A stretch of 63,836 nt of DNA, filler included, from Reclinomonas americana ATCC 50394 (taxonomy: Eukaryota), in the NCBI GenBank assembly GCA_048213135.1. It is 5 parts of 4 records of this genome, joined end to end, with 100 filler letters (N's around TTAATTAATTAA, not from the genome) between each part and the next. Parts side by side here need not be neighbours in the genome. Positions count along the whole stretch, not along the records: positions 37,405 to 51,803 come from PS015458.1; positions 51,904 to 61,059 come from PS015459.1; 3 more parts are not named here. The stretch is one strand, 5' to 3'. The translations under genes were made by a program, and so were the position numbers. Within the stretch, counting starts at the first letter, position 1. Each line of letters starts with the position of its first letter. Positions 40,632 through 51,956 of this stretch are shown one piece after another. Under the pieces are notes generated by a model. The model was not told the DNA's origin and made no database searches. It saw only the letters and a list, made by a program, of their open reading frames with translations.

Positions 40632-43600
40632 TGTGTGTGTGTGCATTGTGGGTTTGCGAGAGATTAGGCGTCTGTCGGTGACGGATAATCACGCCTATTC
40701 TTCTTCTTATTCTCCTTCTTCTTCTTCTGCTGCTGCTTCCTCCTCCTCCTCTTCCTTCTTCTTCTTCCTCCTCCTCCTCCTCCTCCTCCTCCTCCTCCTC
40801 TTCTTCCTTCTTCTTCTTCTTGTTCTTCCTGTTCTTCTTCTGCTTCTTGTTCGTCTTCTTCTTCTCTCCTCCTCCTCCTCCTTCTTCTTGTTCTTGTTCT
40901 TCTTCCTTCTCTTTCTCTCGCTCTCGTTACTGACTGTTTTCTTTGTTTGTTTGCTTCCGTAGGCGTTGCATGTGTTGAATGCGAGTGTCGGGCGCGACAC
41001 GCATCTCAGTGAGACCATGGTGAAGCACACGAGCAAGCCGGCGAATGATCCGGCGGCGTTGTACAAGCGGGCGCCGCTGAGTACATCACTTACTGTTGCG
41101 TGGCTATGGGGGAGAGGCAGAGAGGGTGGGGGGACGTTTGAAGAGATATCGAACCCGATATCGGAATTCACAGTGCTTTCTTCTCCCTCTCTCCATTTTC
41201 TTTCATTCACTCTCAGAGGGGTGCACGGAGAGAGAGTCTCCGTGTAAAGAACGATCAGACCACACATTTCCGATCGTGGGTTCGATTTCTCTCGCCGACT
41301 CTCTCCCTCGCACTCTCGGAGTGATGTTGGCAGGTGCACGAAGTAGAGAGGAGAAGCGATCAGAACACTGCTTGTCGATCGGGGTTTCGATATCTGTCAC
41401 TCGATGTGCCTCTTTCTCTCACTCGGAGTGGGGATGTTGTTGACACATGCATGGAGAGACGATCAGATTACTCATTTCCGATCGCGGGTTCAATTTCTCG
41501 CTCCTCTGACATTCACATTCCTCCGTCTGCATTCTCCCTCATCGGAACGCGCTTTGCGAGTCGTGGCTTGCCTCTTATCTGTTTTTCCCAGTCTCATCTT
41601 TCACTCTCAGAGGTGCAGCTCCGTGCAGATTGATCAGAGCGCTCGTTTCCGATCGCGGGTTCGATATCTGTCACTCGTGCCTCTTTCTCGCGTTTGCTCT
41701 CTATCACTGAGGGAGTCGCCGACGCATATTCGACATCGCGTGTCCCTCTTTGCTCTCCCCACTCTCTTTCTCTCTTGCTCTTCCGCGAGTAGGGCATTAT
41801 GCGACGCTGCACTCCGACAACGTGTTTGGCCGCTCCTCTACTTCTTCTTCCCGCTGCACCTCATCTACATAGATCGAGTTCACAGAGCGCTGCACTCCAA
41901 TCGCTCCTCTTCGGCCTTCTTGCCTCCGCCTGCATCTCGCTCTCTGAAAGTTGGGAAGAATAACAGCTATGCACAACAGTAGGCATAGCATTCTGATCGG
42001 ATTCCGTATCTCTCTCTTCATTTCTCCCCTCTCTCCTCCTCTCTTTCTCCCTCCCTCTCGCTCTCCTTCACTCTCTCCTTCTCACTCACCGTCCCCTGCG
42101 CGCAGTACTCACAATCCCGCGACCCACGCGCCACTGGCTCCGCGCACCGCACGAGAATGATGGTGACGCAGTCGACGCAGCACGCGGTGCACCGCGGTGC
42201 CGGCCATCCAGAGAGTGTACAGCGTGCCTTCAACGACCGATTGATGAGTGGCGTCAAGGCCGCAGTGGATAAGACGGCCACGGTGAGTGGAAAGAGGGAT
42301 GCAACTTTCGGTGCTTTCGTCTCACGCCGCACTACAGTTCAAGACGTACACGGATCCGATGTTGGACCATCAGTGGCGAACGACTAACCGCAACGCGCTG
42401 CGTGGCCACAGCGACGTGCTGGACGATCCGTTTCGTTTCTGCCGAGGGAGAAGAGAACAGAGTCATGTGTCTCGTCGCTCACTCTTGATTCGATGCAGTG
42501 TGACGTGGGCCACGACGCAGGGGCAGCGTAGTTACTTTGTCGATGGTGGCGATGTGCCGATTGGTGATTCGGGTGAGTACTCTCTTCCCCTTTGCTCTTT
42601 CCCCTTGTCTTCTTCACCTTGCTCTTCCTGCTTGCTTTCTCGCTTACTCCTCCCCTTGCTCTCTCCCCTGTGCCTTTCCCCCTGTGCCTTTCCTCCTGTG
42701 CCCTTCCCCCTTTGCCCTTCCCCCTTTGCCCCTCCCCTTTGCCCTTCCCCTTTGCTCCCCCTGTTCTCTTCCCCCCTTGCTTTTCCCCCTTTGCTCTTCC
42801 CCTCATGCTCTTCCCCCTTCGCTCTTCCCTCTTTTGCTCTTCCCCCTTTGCCCTTCCCCTTTGCCCCTCCCCTTTGCCCTTCCCCTTTGCTCCCCCTGTT
42901 CTCTTCCCCCTTTGCCCTTCCCCCTTTGCCCCTCCCCTTTGCCCTTCCCCTTTGCTCCCCCTGTTCTCTTCCCCCCTTGCTTTTCCCCCTTTGCTCTTCC
43001 CCTCATGCTCTTCCCTCTTTTGCTCTTCCCCCTTTTGATCTTCCCTTTTTTGCTCTTCCCCCTGTGCCTTTCCCCCTGTGCCTTTCCTCCTGTGCCCTTC
43101 CCTCTTTTGCTCTTCCCTCTTTTGCTCTTCCCCCTTTGCCCTTCCCCTTTGCCCTTCCACCTTTGCTCCCCCTTTGCCCTTCCCCCTTTGCCCCCCTTTG
43201 CTCTTCCCCTTCGCTCTGCCCCCTTTGCTCTTCCCCTCATGNNNNNNNNNNNNNNNNNNNNCTCTTCCCCCTTTCCCTTTCATCTCCGCAGCTGGGGGCA
43301 GCCGCGACGGCATGAGCCTCAAATCACCCGTCCGCGCGGTCAAATCGCAAGGCTTCATCGGCCTGCAGACCACCTACCAGGCGTTCCACACCAACCAGCG
43401 GGAGCACCCGCTGTACCCGAGCAGCTACGACCCACTAGGCAATCGCGTGCACCCGACGGTGCCGCAGGGCGTGCAGAGACCACAGACCACGTACGGTGAG
43501 TTGACACTGGAGCGGCCGGGACTGCGAGACGAGAAGGAGGACGGCTTCCCGCGCTCGCACGTGTTCGACGCCAAGCGTGGCCACGTGCGCTTCAACGACG

Positions 43601-43761
43601 CCGGTATTGGCGGACAGCAAGTGCAGGAACGAGCGGACGAGCCGCTGTTGGGTGTGGATGCGGTAAAGCGACGAGCGTTGGGTCCGGATGGCGCCGCCGT
43701 CGGGCACGCGGTGGTGCCGGATCACTTTTTGAGCACGGCCCACCAGGTGCACCGATTGTGA
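40215..43761 (+). CDS. Uncharacterised basic protein with recurring (S/T)T(Y/x)xxx(H/Y/F) motifs; possible ciliary microtubule inner protein
   Basis: In-frame exons at 40215-~40412, 40963-41094, ~42106-42283, ~42338-42429, ~42499-42572 and ~43292-43761 with compatible splice phases. Product assignment is inference. Confidence 0.6.
41140..41680. repeat. Intronic degenerate repeat with core GATCAGA..TTTCCGATCGCGGGTTCGATATCT; 4 direct copies and 1 inverted copy
   Basis: Direct copies start at about 41253, 41358, 41461 and 41632; inverted core at about 41143-41166. Confidence 0.8.
42585..43280. repeat. Intronic C/T-rich minisatellite (TTCCCCCTTTGC(C/T)C-like units)
   Basis: Visible 12-13-nt tandem units. 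Confidence 0.9.
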
Positions 43762-43976
43762 GAGTAGTTTTGTGGGGTGGGGAAAGGGGATCACAAAGAG
43801 TCCTTTTTGTTGTTGTTGTTGTTGTTGTTGCGGATTTGTTGAAGCCCATTGTTTCTTTTTGCGTTGGCGAAATACACGGGGAGAAAAAGGAGGAGCCAAA
43901 CAGAGAGAGTTGTATATTACATGCACGATATGTACAGCGAAAAAATAGTGGAGATCTCAACCCGCAGTGGGTGCTC

Positions 43977-45759
43977 CTATTGATGGTGTGGTTGCGGTTG
44001 CTGTTGCTGTTGTTGTTGCGCCGCGGCGGCGGCGTTTATGTGCGCTGCCATCACGACTTCCTCCACAGCCTCTTGCACGGCCTCCTCCACGACAGCATTC
44101 GGTGAAGCGGCAAGAGCCTGAGCAAAACGATGGAACCGATTGTTGTACTGGCGCGAAGAAAAGGAAGAGCACAGTGAGTTCTGGTTCACAGTGAGGAAGC
44201 AAGAGGAGACGCACCTGTCCGTGGACCCAGTAAGAGAAATGGTCACAGACGCGGATTCCCGTGATGCCAGGCACGTCAGGCAGTGGCCCGACATTGCCGA
44301 GCGGTCGGTCGAACTTGCTCATGAGGCGAAACATGGATTGTAAAAGAAAGTCCTGCGCGGGAGCAGCAACGTGAGTGTGCACGCGACTGGAAAAAGACTC
44401 ACTCGCGTGCGCTACCACGCCACCTTTGGCGTGAAATAAATAAACGTGTGTTCCAAGGCAGGATCGACCAGCAACCGAGTACTCGCCGTCATGGTGACAG
44501 CGGGGGCACACAAGTGGAGCTGTGCGTGGAGTTGAAGTGAGCACGTGAGACACTTCAATCACAGCTGCCTCTCTCTCCCTCTCGCACCTCGTCGGGTCGA
44601 TGGCTCTTGGGAATCTGCGAATCTCATGAATGAGTGACCACATGAGAGCACAAAGAGGCGGACAACGCAACGAGTTGCAGGGCTTCGAGCACGTGCTTGC
44701 AACCGACTGTGACAGACAGTAAGCCACTCACGTTTCTAAACATCCTCTTCCATCCCACACGCACAAACGCAACGAGAGTGCGCCACGATGCGAACGCGAT
44801 CGTGGTACAAACGAAGCGATTCTATCTCCTGCGCGAGATGATGCGCGCGGCGCTCGGCCTCCAACTCGGCCTTGTGCCACTGATACCACAACGAACCAAG
44901 AATGATGACAGCGTCCTGTGCACTCATGCCCACAGTGAGCCACCCAGCTGCAGATTCACAGATGCTCCACCCGCGTGCACCTGCGCAGTCGAGGCCAGCA
45001 GCAGCTCGGGGTTGAACTTGCTCAAGCTGCGCGCCTTGCTGTAGACCACATACACCAGCGAGGAGATGGTGGTCCACGGGATCGGAATACGCCCGTAGCC
45101 GGGAAACACGCGCCCACTCGGCCACTGCCAGCCATACAACTACAGCAGACGACGAGGGTGAGCTTAGGAGGAGACGGTGTGAGCGAGGAAGGCAGCGCAC
45201 CCGCGGTGACCACTGATGCGCTGGACTGTCGACAAGCACCTCGTGGCACTTGATCCACTCACGAAACGATTCCGGTCGCTCACTCTGCCAATAGCGATCG
45301 TCAGCAAGAGGAAGACGAAGACAAAGAAGAAACCGAATGATCGATCACCGGTGCAAGGAAGCCTGTGGCGCACACAGAGGGCGACAATGAGCTCACGCGA
45401 TCAATGAGGAAAACACGACGAAAAAGCGATATACCTTTGATGTACAGAGTAGCCTCTCGATCGACATCTGCGCCCAATCATTGATCAGCAAGAGGTATCA
45501 ACTGCCATTGTGTCTCACTCACGCACGCACCTGCGCCTCTCTGATAGACATGCGATGGGGAGCACGGGATGAGCTTTGTGCCGCCCTTGCGCGCATCCCA
45601 CGCGCGTCGCTGTGTGAGTGGCAATCGTTGCGCGGCGCGGGTGACGACGGGCGGAAGATCGCGAACGGTTTTGACGACTCCGCGCACGAGTTCTTGGGGT
45701 TTGTGTTGGAGGGCGGCGGGGAGCTCGCGAAGGAGCTCGCCCACGCCGGCGACCACCAT
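43977..45759 (-). CDS. Alpha/beta hydrolase (DUF726/DUF900-like), multi-exon
   Basis: Splicing gives LYIKGFL, YGWQWPSG, the nucleophile elbow RIVAHSLGCKHVLEAL, LHLCAPAV, YFTPKDFLL and VHGQY (putative Ser-Asp-His triad). Start codon uncertain. Confidence 0.75.
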
Positions 45760-46362
45760 TGGGGAGAAGATAGGAGATGACGTCGCGTCCTGTGAGGAGA
45801 GGGAAAGGGCGGCGAGGAGCGAGGGCGTAGTCGATGTGAATCACGAGCCGGCGATTGCGGTGTGGCTGAAGGCGACGCGAAGCGGCAAAGAGAGCGCGAC
45901 GTCGACGGTGTTCGAGATTCGTTTCGCACAACTATGCTGCTGGGGCATGCGCAGTGGACGCGACACACGGGTTCTGCACATTGTACACGAAGTTATCCGT
46001 AGGCTGGTGCAGGTTGTGGATCGCATGCTCGCTTGCTGCAGATCTCAAGCCCTTCGACGTCGACGTTTGTGTTTTCTTGCTTCTCTCGTCACTTTCGCTT
46101 GTATTAAAGCTCGGACCGTGTTATACACTTGCCATGCATGCATATCCTTTGCTCATAGACGACCAGGCATGATTGCTTGTCACAGGAGGCAGCTCGACGC
46201 ACGAGAAATTCCATGTAGAGGCTCTCGAAATGCCACGCAAACGCTTGCAATGCGCGGACCCGCACGTACAGCTAATCGCCCGTCTACTCACACGTGCACA
46301 ATCGGAGCCCCGATTCACCTTGCAGATTATTGGACACAGGACACTCATTGCACTTTCCAGAC

Positions 46363-46690
46363 ATGCACGCGCGCACACACCGCCTTCTCCTCATCGCCCT
46401 CGCCCTCGCCGCGGCCTTGGCCTACACATGCACCGCCGCTCCCGACAAGCCCGTGTGGCCCACCTCCTTTACGTTACGCACACTCACTCAATACACAAAC
46501 TCCGATGCCAACTCGGGGGTCACTGACTGCACAACACGAACAGCGCGCCCTTTGGTCTCAACTCCGTCGTGCCAAAGTGTTGCGTCTCTCTCTCTCTCTC
46601 TTGCAGTCTGCTCTTCTTCACTGCTGTTACTTACTGTGTGCACACGCGTGCAGTTTCCAATGGTAATGACTGTGTGTGTGTGTGTGAGTG

Positions 46691-46731
<41 letters not shown>

Positions 46732-49409
46732 TAAAGTGTGTGTGTGTGTGTGTGAGGGAGAGAGAGTGAGTGTGAGAGAGTGTTAGTGTGTCTTTCTGTC
46801 TTTCTCTGACTGTGTTATGTGTTTGTTTGTGTGTGTGTTTGCAGCAGTCAGATGCTGTACCGCTTTGACAACACGATTCAGGCGCAGCGCATTGACTACT
46901 TCCAGCACTGCTTGGTGAGTGGAGTTGAGCATGTAAGAAAGAGAGAGTATTTCTCCGCGTACTCACTCTCTCTCTTTCTCACTCATGCAGCGTTGCGTTC
47001 TTTGTGTGTGTGGTTACTGGTCACTGTGACTGACTTTGCTCACCTGTGTCTCTGTCTTTGATGCATCATGATTAGCGTTGCGTTTTCTTGACTGGTTTTC
47101 TTCCTCAGCTTTTGCACCTGGTTTCTCACTCTTTCTCTCTCTCTGTGCAGGCTTGTGCACTGGGACGCCTATCGTTTCCCGTGCCAGGTGAGCGGAGGGT
47201 TGTGTTTTGTCTCTCTTTGTCTCCTCGCGCGCGTGACTGACTGCTTGTTTGCGCCAGTTGTACTTCCTGCCCGCTGGTTTGTGTGGCAGTGTGTGTTTGT
47301 ATGTGTGTGCTGTTGTTTGGTCATGGTGTGTGTGGTGTGCAGGTATCTATGTGCACCAGCCGCAGACCGGACTGGAGGTGAGTCGCTTCCTGCCTGTGCT
47401 TCTCTCTCCTCCTCTCTCTCTTCCGTTCGCCGCCGTCTCTCTTCCTTCGACATTATTTCTCGGAATATCTCTCGTCACCTCCCCTTTTCTTTCTTTTCAT
47501 CCAACCTTATCACCTTCGTCTTCCTCACCTCTCTCTGCTCTTTTCCTGTTTCAGCTCTTCCTCTCTGCTGCTTCGCCTCTTTGCGCCTTCTTGCCTTTCG
47601 ACCTTGCATTCCTCTTCCCTTTTCCTTATTCCTCCTCCTTCCTTTCCGTTCCCTTGTCACTCCAATTCACCTTCACAATCCTCGGCATCGCCTCTCACTG
47701 CTCTTTCCTGTTTCAGCTTTTCCTCTCTGCTCCTTCGCCTCCTTGTGCCTTCTTGCCTCCCTTCGAACCTCACTGTTTCCCTATTCCCCCTTCCCTCTCT
47801 GTCCGTTTCGCTCCTCCTTCCCCTTTTTTCTTTCCCCCGTTTCCTTCCCTTTCTTCCGCACCCTTTCTTGTCTACGTCTTCCTCGTTGTCTGTCAATGTT
47901 TTTCTCGAATCTGTGCTCTCTTCGCTGCTTTCCATTTCCTTGTCTTCCTCCTCCTTCCCTTCGCCTCCGTCATCCTCGTCTTCACCTCTCTCTGCTTTTA
48001 CTTTTGTCAATGTTTCTTGTCTCCAGCTTCCTTCCCCTCCTTCTCCCTTTGACCCCCTTCCCCCCCACAGTGCTGCATGATGACCGCCAATGTCGGCGCC
48101 GTCCCGCCCGATTTCCTCCGTGGCTTCAACTACTCGAGCGTCGAGTCGGCCATTGACTACTACGGCAAGGTGAACGCATGTATCTTAGTCCTCGCTCGCC
48201 AGGCATCGTGTGCTCATCACCTCCACTTCGCAGACTCACCAGTGCAACTACTGGCGTGCGTGAGATCATCTCTCTTCCACAGTTGCATTTTGTTACACTC
48301 ACTCGCTTATCTCTTCTCGTTCACGCACACAATTGTAGTCGGCGAGGAGGGTTTCGGTGCGTATTGCTCTCGCTGCAAGCCGCATCTCTTTCCATTTCTC
48401 ATGCTGTGCTCCACGCAGGCTACTGGACCGATGTCACCACCGGCTTTGACGTGCACTTCCGCGACGGTACGCTCTCCTCCCGACTGACCTTGCCTTCTTG
48501 CAACTCTCTTCCGCACCGCTTCTCATGTTTCCAACTCTCCTTGCCCCTCCTTTTCTCCGTCGCCGTGTTGCAAGTCTCCTCTCATATCTCTTTCTCCCCT
48601 CGTCTCTCGCCTTGTCCAACGCTCCTCTTCCATCCCTTCCTCCCTCCCCGTATCTCGCTTTTTACAACTCCCTTCTCCCTCTGCATCCCATATCCCTCGT
48701 CTTCTTGGACCTCCTTTCTCTCTCACCTCTTTTCTCTCCCGGCCTCATCTTTCCCCTCATCCATCCCTCTCCTCGTACTCCCGTCACCTCTCGCCATCTT
48801 GCATATCTCCATTCTCATACCTCCTTCCCCTCTTTCCTCCGCTCCCTCCCCGTTCTCACCTCCTCCTTCGCCTCTCCGCTATTCTCTGTCACGTACCCCT
48901 TCCTCGTCACGTCCCGCCACATTGCAACTCTCCTCTCACCCCGCCCTCCCGTTTCTCTTCACCTTGCAACTCTCCTGTTCTCCCTTTCTTGCTCACTTCC
49001 TTCCCCTCACCTCTTGCCTTCTGCATTGCTCTTCCCACAACCCTTTTCCCTCACCCTTACCTTCTTCCCCCTCCCCCTCTCCCTTCCCCTCTTTCTTCCC
49101 CTCTCGCAGGCCCCACGGGCGTGACGTGGAACTTTGGTGACTTTGCCGTCAACACGGTCGACGTGAAGGAGTTCGCTCTGCCCGGTTTGTGTTACCCCCT
49201 TGTACGCGCACACACGCTCTTCCCCTCGCCTCACCTCTGCTCACTTGTAATACATGCACACACACACAGACGACGTCTCCAAGTGCAGCACCAAGTGCCC
49301 GTTCCTCGGCGAGGACGTGCGCTACGAGGAGCACACCATGGACCCGATGGTCAAGCTCGCCGCCGCGCACCACCGTCGCGCCGCCTCCATTTCCCTCACG
49401 CAGCAGTAA
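46363..49409 (+). CDS. Secreted ependymin-related (EPDR-like) protein, highly fragmented, with 1-nt microexons
   Basis: Signal peptide MHARTHRLLLIALALAAALAYTCTA, then PVWPTSF, YRFDNTIQAQRIDY, ECCMMTANVGAVPPDFL, TWNFGDF and EFALPDDVSKC. Family assigned by motif recognition only. Confidence 0.7.
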
Positions 49410-49560
49410 GCACTCTCACGAGCTCGAGAGGAGACTACCAAGTATGAGTACTCTCATTACAAGCGCGCAAAATACGGGAATGTTCCCATGATGCATTAGC
49501 CCCGAGCGAGCACGGCCGAATATTCATTTCCTCTCACTTTGACCGCCGACGCGCGCGACC

Positions 49561-49851
49561 ATGATGTCCCTCATGCAAAGTGTTTCGTCTCTCCCCGCCT
49601 CCCGCCTCGCGCACCGCCCACACACGATGACTCATCTCCCACTCCTGCACACACAGATGTCCCCGTTTGACGGCGGACTGCCGACGTTTGTCGCCGTGAC
49701 TGTGTGCCTCCTGACTTTTGCCGGCTTCCTCATTCGCCACATTCTCACCTCGCGCGGCCCCAATGGCGAGAGTCGCACACAGCTGCTCCACGAGTCCCGC
49801 GGTCGCCAGGTCGCAGAGAATGATCTGCAGGACTACGTCTCGTACTATGAG
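49561..49851 (+). CDS. Probable N-terminal exons of the sterol C24-methyltransferase (membrane anchor and QDYVSYY)
   Basis: MMSLMQS|MSPFDGGLPTFVAVTVCLLTFAGFLIRHILTSRGP...QVAENDLQDYVSYYE resembles the plant SMT2 N-terminus. Intron 49582-49656 has a GTTTCG donor; a gap follows. Confidence 0.6.
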
Positions 49852-50908
49852 GTGCGTGTGAGTGCGTGTGTGTGACATGGACATTTCCCACTCTTTGTTT
49901 TGTTTGTTTTTTCTTTTTTTGCTGCGTTCTTCTTGCCTTGTGTTGTCATGTGTTGTCTCTCTCTCTCTCGCTCTCGCGCTCCGTTTGTGTGGGAACTCTT
50001 CTCGCACACGTTTGCGAAAAACTTTTTCGATTCTCATGTCCGTTTGTTCACAATTTTCTTACCTTTTGTGTGGNNNNNNNNNNNNNNNNNNNNNNNNNNN
50101 NNNNNNNNNNNNNNNNNNNNNNNNNNNNNNNNNNNNNNNNNNNNNNNNNNNNNNNNNNNNNNNNNNNNNNNNNNNNNNNNNNNNNNNNNNNNNNNNNNNN
50201 NNNNNNNNNNNNNNNNNNNNNNNNNNNNNNNNNNNNNNNNNNNNNNNNNNNNNNNNNNNNNNNNNNNNNNNNNNNNNNNNNNNNNNNNNNNNNNNNNNNN
50301 NNNNNNNNNNNNNNNNNNNNNNNNNNNNNNNNNNNNNNNNNNNNNNNNNNNNNNNNNNNNNNNNNNNNNNNNNNNNNNNNNNNNNNNNNNNNNNNNNNNN
50401 NNNNNNNNNNNNNNNNNNNNNNNNNNNNNNNNNNNNNNNNNNNNNNNNNNNNNNNNNNNNNNNNNNNNNNNNNNNNNNNNNNNNNNNNNNNNNNNNNNNN
50501 NNNNNNNNNNNNNNNNNNNNNNNNNNNNNNNNNNNNNNNNNNNNNNNNNNNNNNNNNNNNNNNNNNNNNNNNNNNNNNNNNNNNNNNNNNNNNNNNNNNN
50601 NNNNNNNNNNNNNNNNNNNNNNNNNNNNNNNNNNNNNNNNNNNNNNNNNNNNNNNNNNNNNNNNNNNNNNNNNNNNNNNNNNNNNNNNNNNNNNNNNNNN
50701 NNNNNNNNNNNNNNNNNNNNNNNNNNNNNNNNNNNAGAAAAACAAGAGATATAGAAATAGGTGTGTGTGGACACTGCAAGTACCAAGCCAGGCAGCTGAC
50801 AAAGCGGTACGGACATTAGGGCGACAAGAGTGCCTGTGTAGAGAGAAGGAGGGTGAGCCCACTGGGCGGCAAGCACAGCAACAGTTTTTGAAGCACCGCA
50901 CCATTGGT

Positions 50909-51802
50909 TTAGGCCTTCAGCGGCTTCTGGAACACGCAATAGTACCTGCAGAGTGGCCGTCACAGGTGACGTCAGCGAGTGCGGCTGCTTCACAAAAAAG
51001 AACAAAGAGAGACGACGGCACGCAACATGGGAGTGAAGATACCGCACTCGCCAGCGTCCGACAGATCCTTGGCGGTACGCATGAGCAGCGAGCTCACACC
51101 GACGGTGCCCTTCGGGGCCCAGCGGATGAACTCCAGGAACTTGCAAGTGAGGTGCGTCACCCAGAACGAAATGCGGCCGCGCTTCAGCGGGTTCCACCAC
51201 GGGATCTGCAAGTGGATCGCTGCTGTGAGCAACAAAGCACGACCGAGCACCGAGCAGAGGCTCAAATATTCTCGCAAACCTCAGCGTCGTCCACCAAGTC
51301 CTTCTCCATCACCACGTCAAAGCCGACCGAGCGGGCCTTCTCGCCAATGTCGACACGGCGGCGCATCTCGGGCAGGCCGTTGCCGAGGTTGATGGCCTCG
51401 ATGATGCCGCGGTGCTCGGGGTTCTCGTGATCGTACTTGTCGGTCTGCGTATTGTTCAAGCATGTGAGCAAATGCATCCCCGCGCGTCTCAGCAGCTGTG
51501 CCACTCACCGTCACCCACTCGTACACGGCAAACTTGCCACCGGGGCGCAGCACACGGTATGCCTCGGCGTACATGTCCTCCACCTTGGGCGCGTGGCAGC
51601 TGGCCTCAATCGCGAAAATGGCATCAAACGAGTTGTCCTCGAACGGCAGATCGAGGAAGTTGGCCTGCAGCACGCGGCACGTGGACGAGAAGCCGTCCTT
51701 CTCAATGTACTCGTTGGCGCGCTTCACCTGGTACTCGCAGATGGTGACGCCGGTGATGTGGGCGCCGGAGAAGCGAGCAATGTTGCGCAGCGGGCCGGCC
51801 AC
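50909..51802 (-). CDS. SMT: Sterol C24-methyltransferase (SMT2-like), C-terminal part, 4 exons
   Basis: GPLRNIARFSG, LPFEDNSFDAIFAIEASCHAP, YRVLRPGGKFAVYEW, INLGNGLP, PWWNPLKRGR, APKGTV and GIFTPMYYCVFQKP. Confidence 0.93.
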
Positions 51803-51847
51803 ANNNNNNNNNNNNNNNNNNNNNNNNNNNNNNNNNNNNNNNNNNNN

Positions 51848-51859
51848 TTAATTAATTAA
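51848..51859. other. Artificial six-frame-stop scaffold linker
   Basis: TTAATTAATTAA inside an N block. Confidence 0.97.
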
Positions 51860-51956
51860 NNNNNNNNNNNNNNNNNNNNNNNNNNNNNNNNNNNNNNNNN
51901 NNNCCCTCTCTCTGTGTCTCACTCTGGCTGCACGCTGACCGCTGTCTTGTGTACAG

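Noticed and set aside
41140..41680. CRISPR-like repeat-spacer appearance or tRNA cluster
   Set aside because: The repeats are degenerate and irregularly spaced, lie in a eukaryotic intron, and have no cas genes or cloverleaf.
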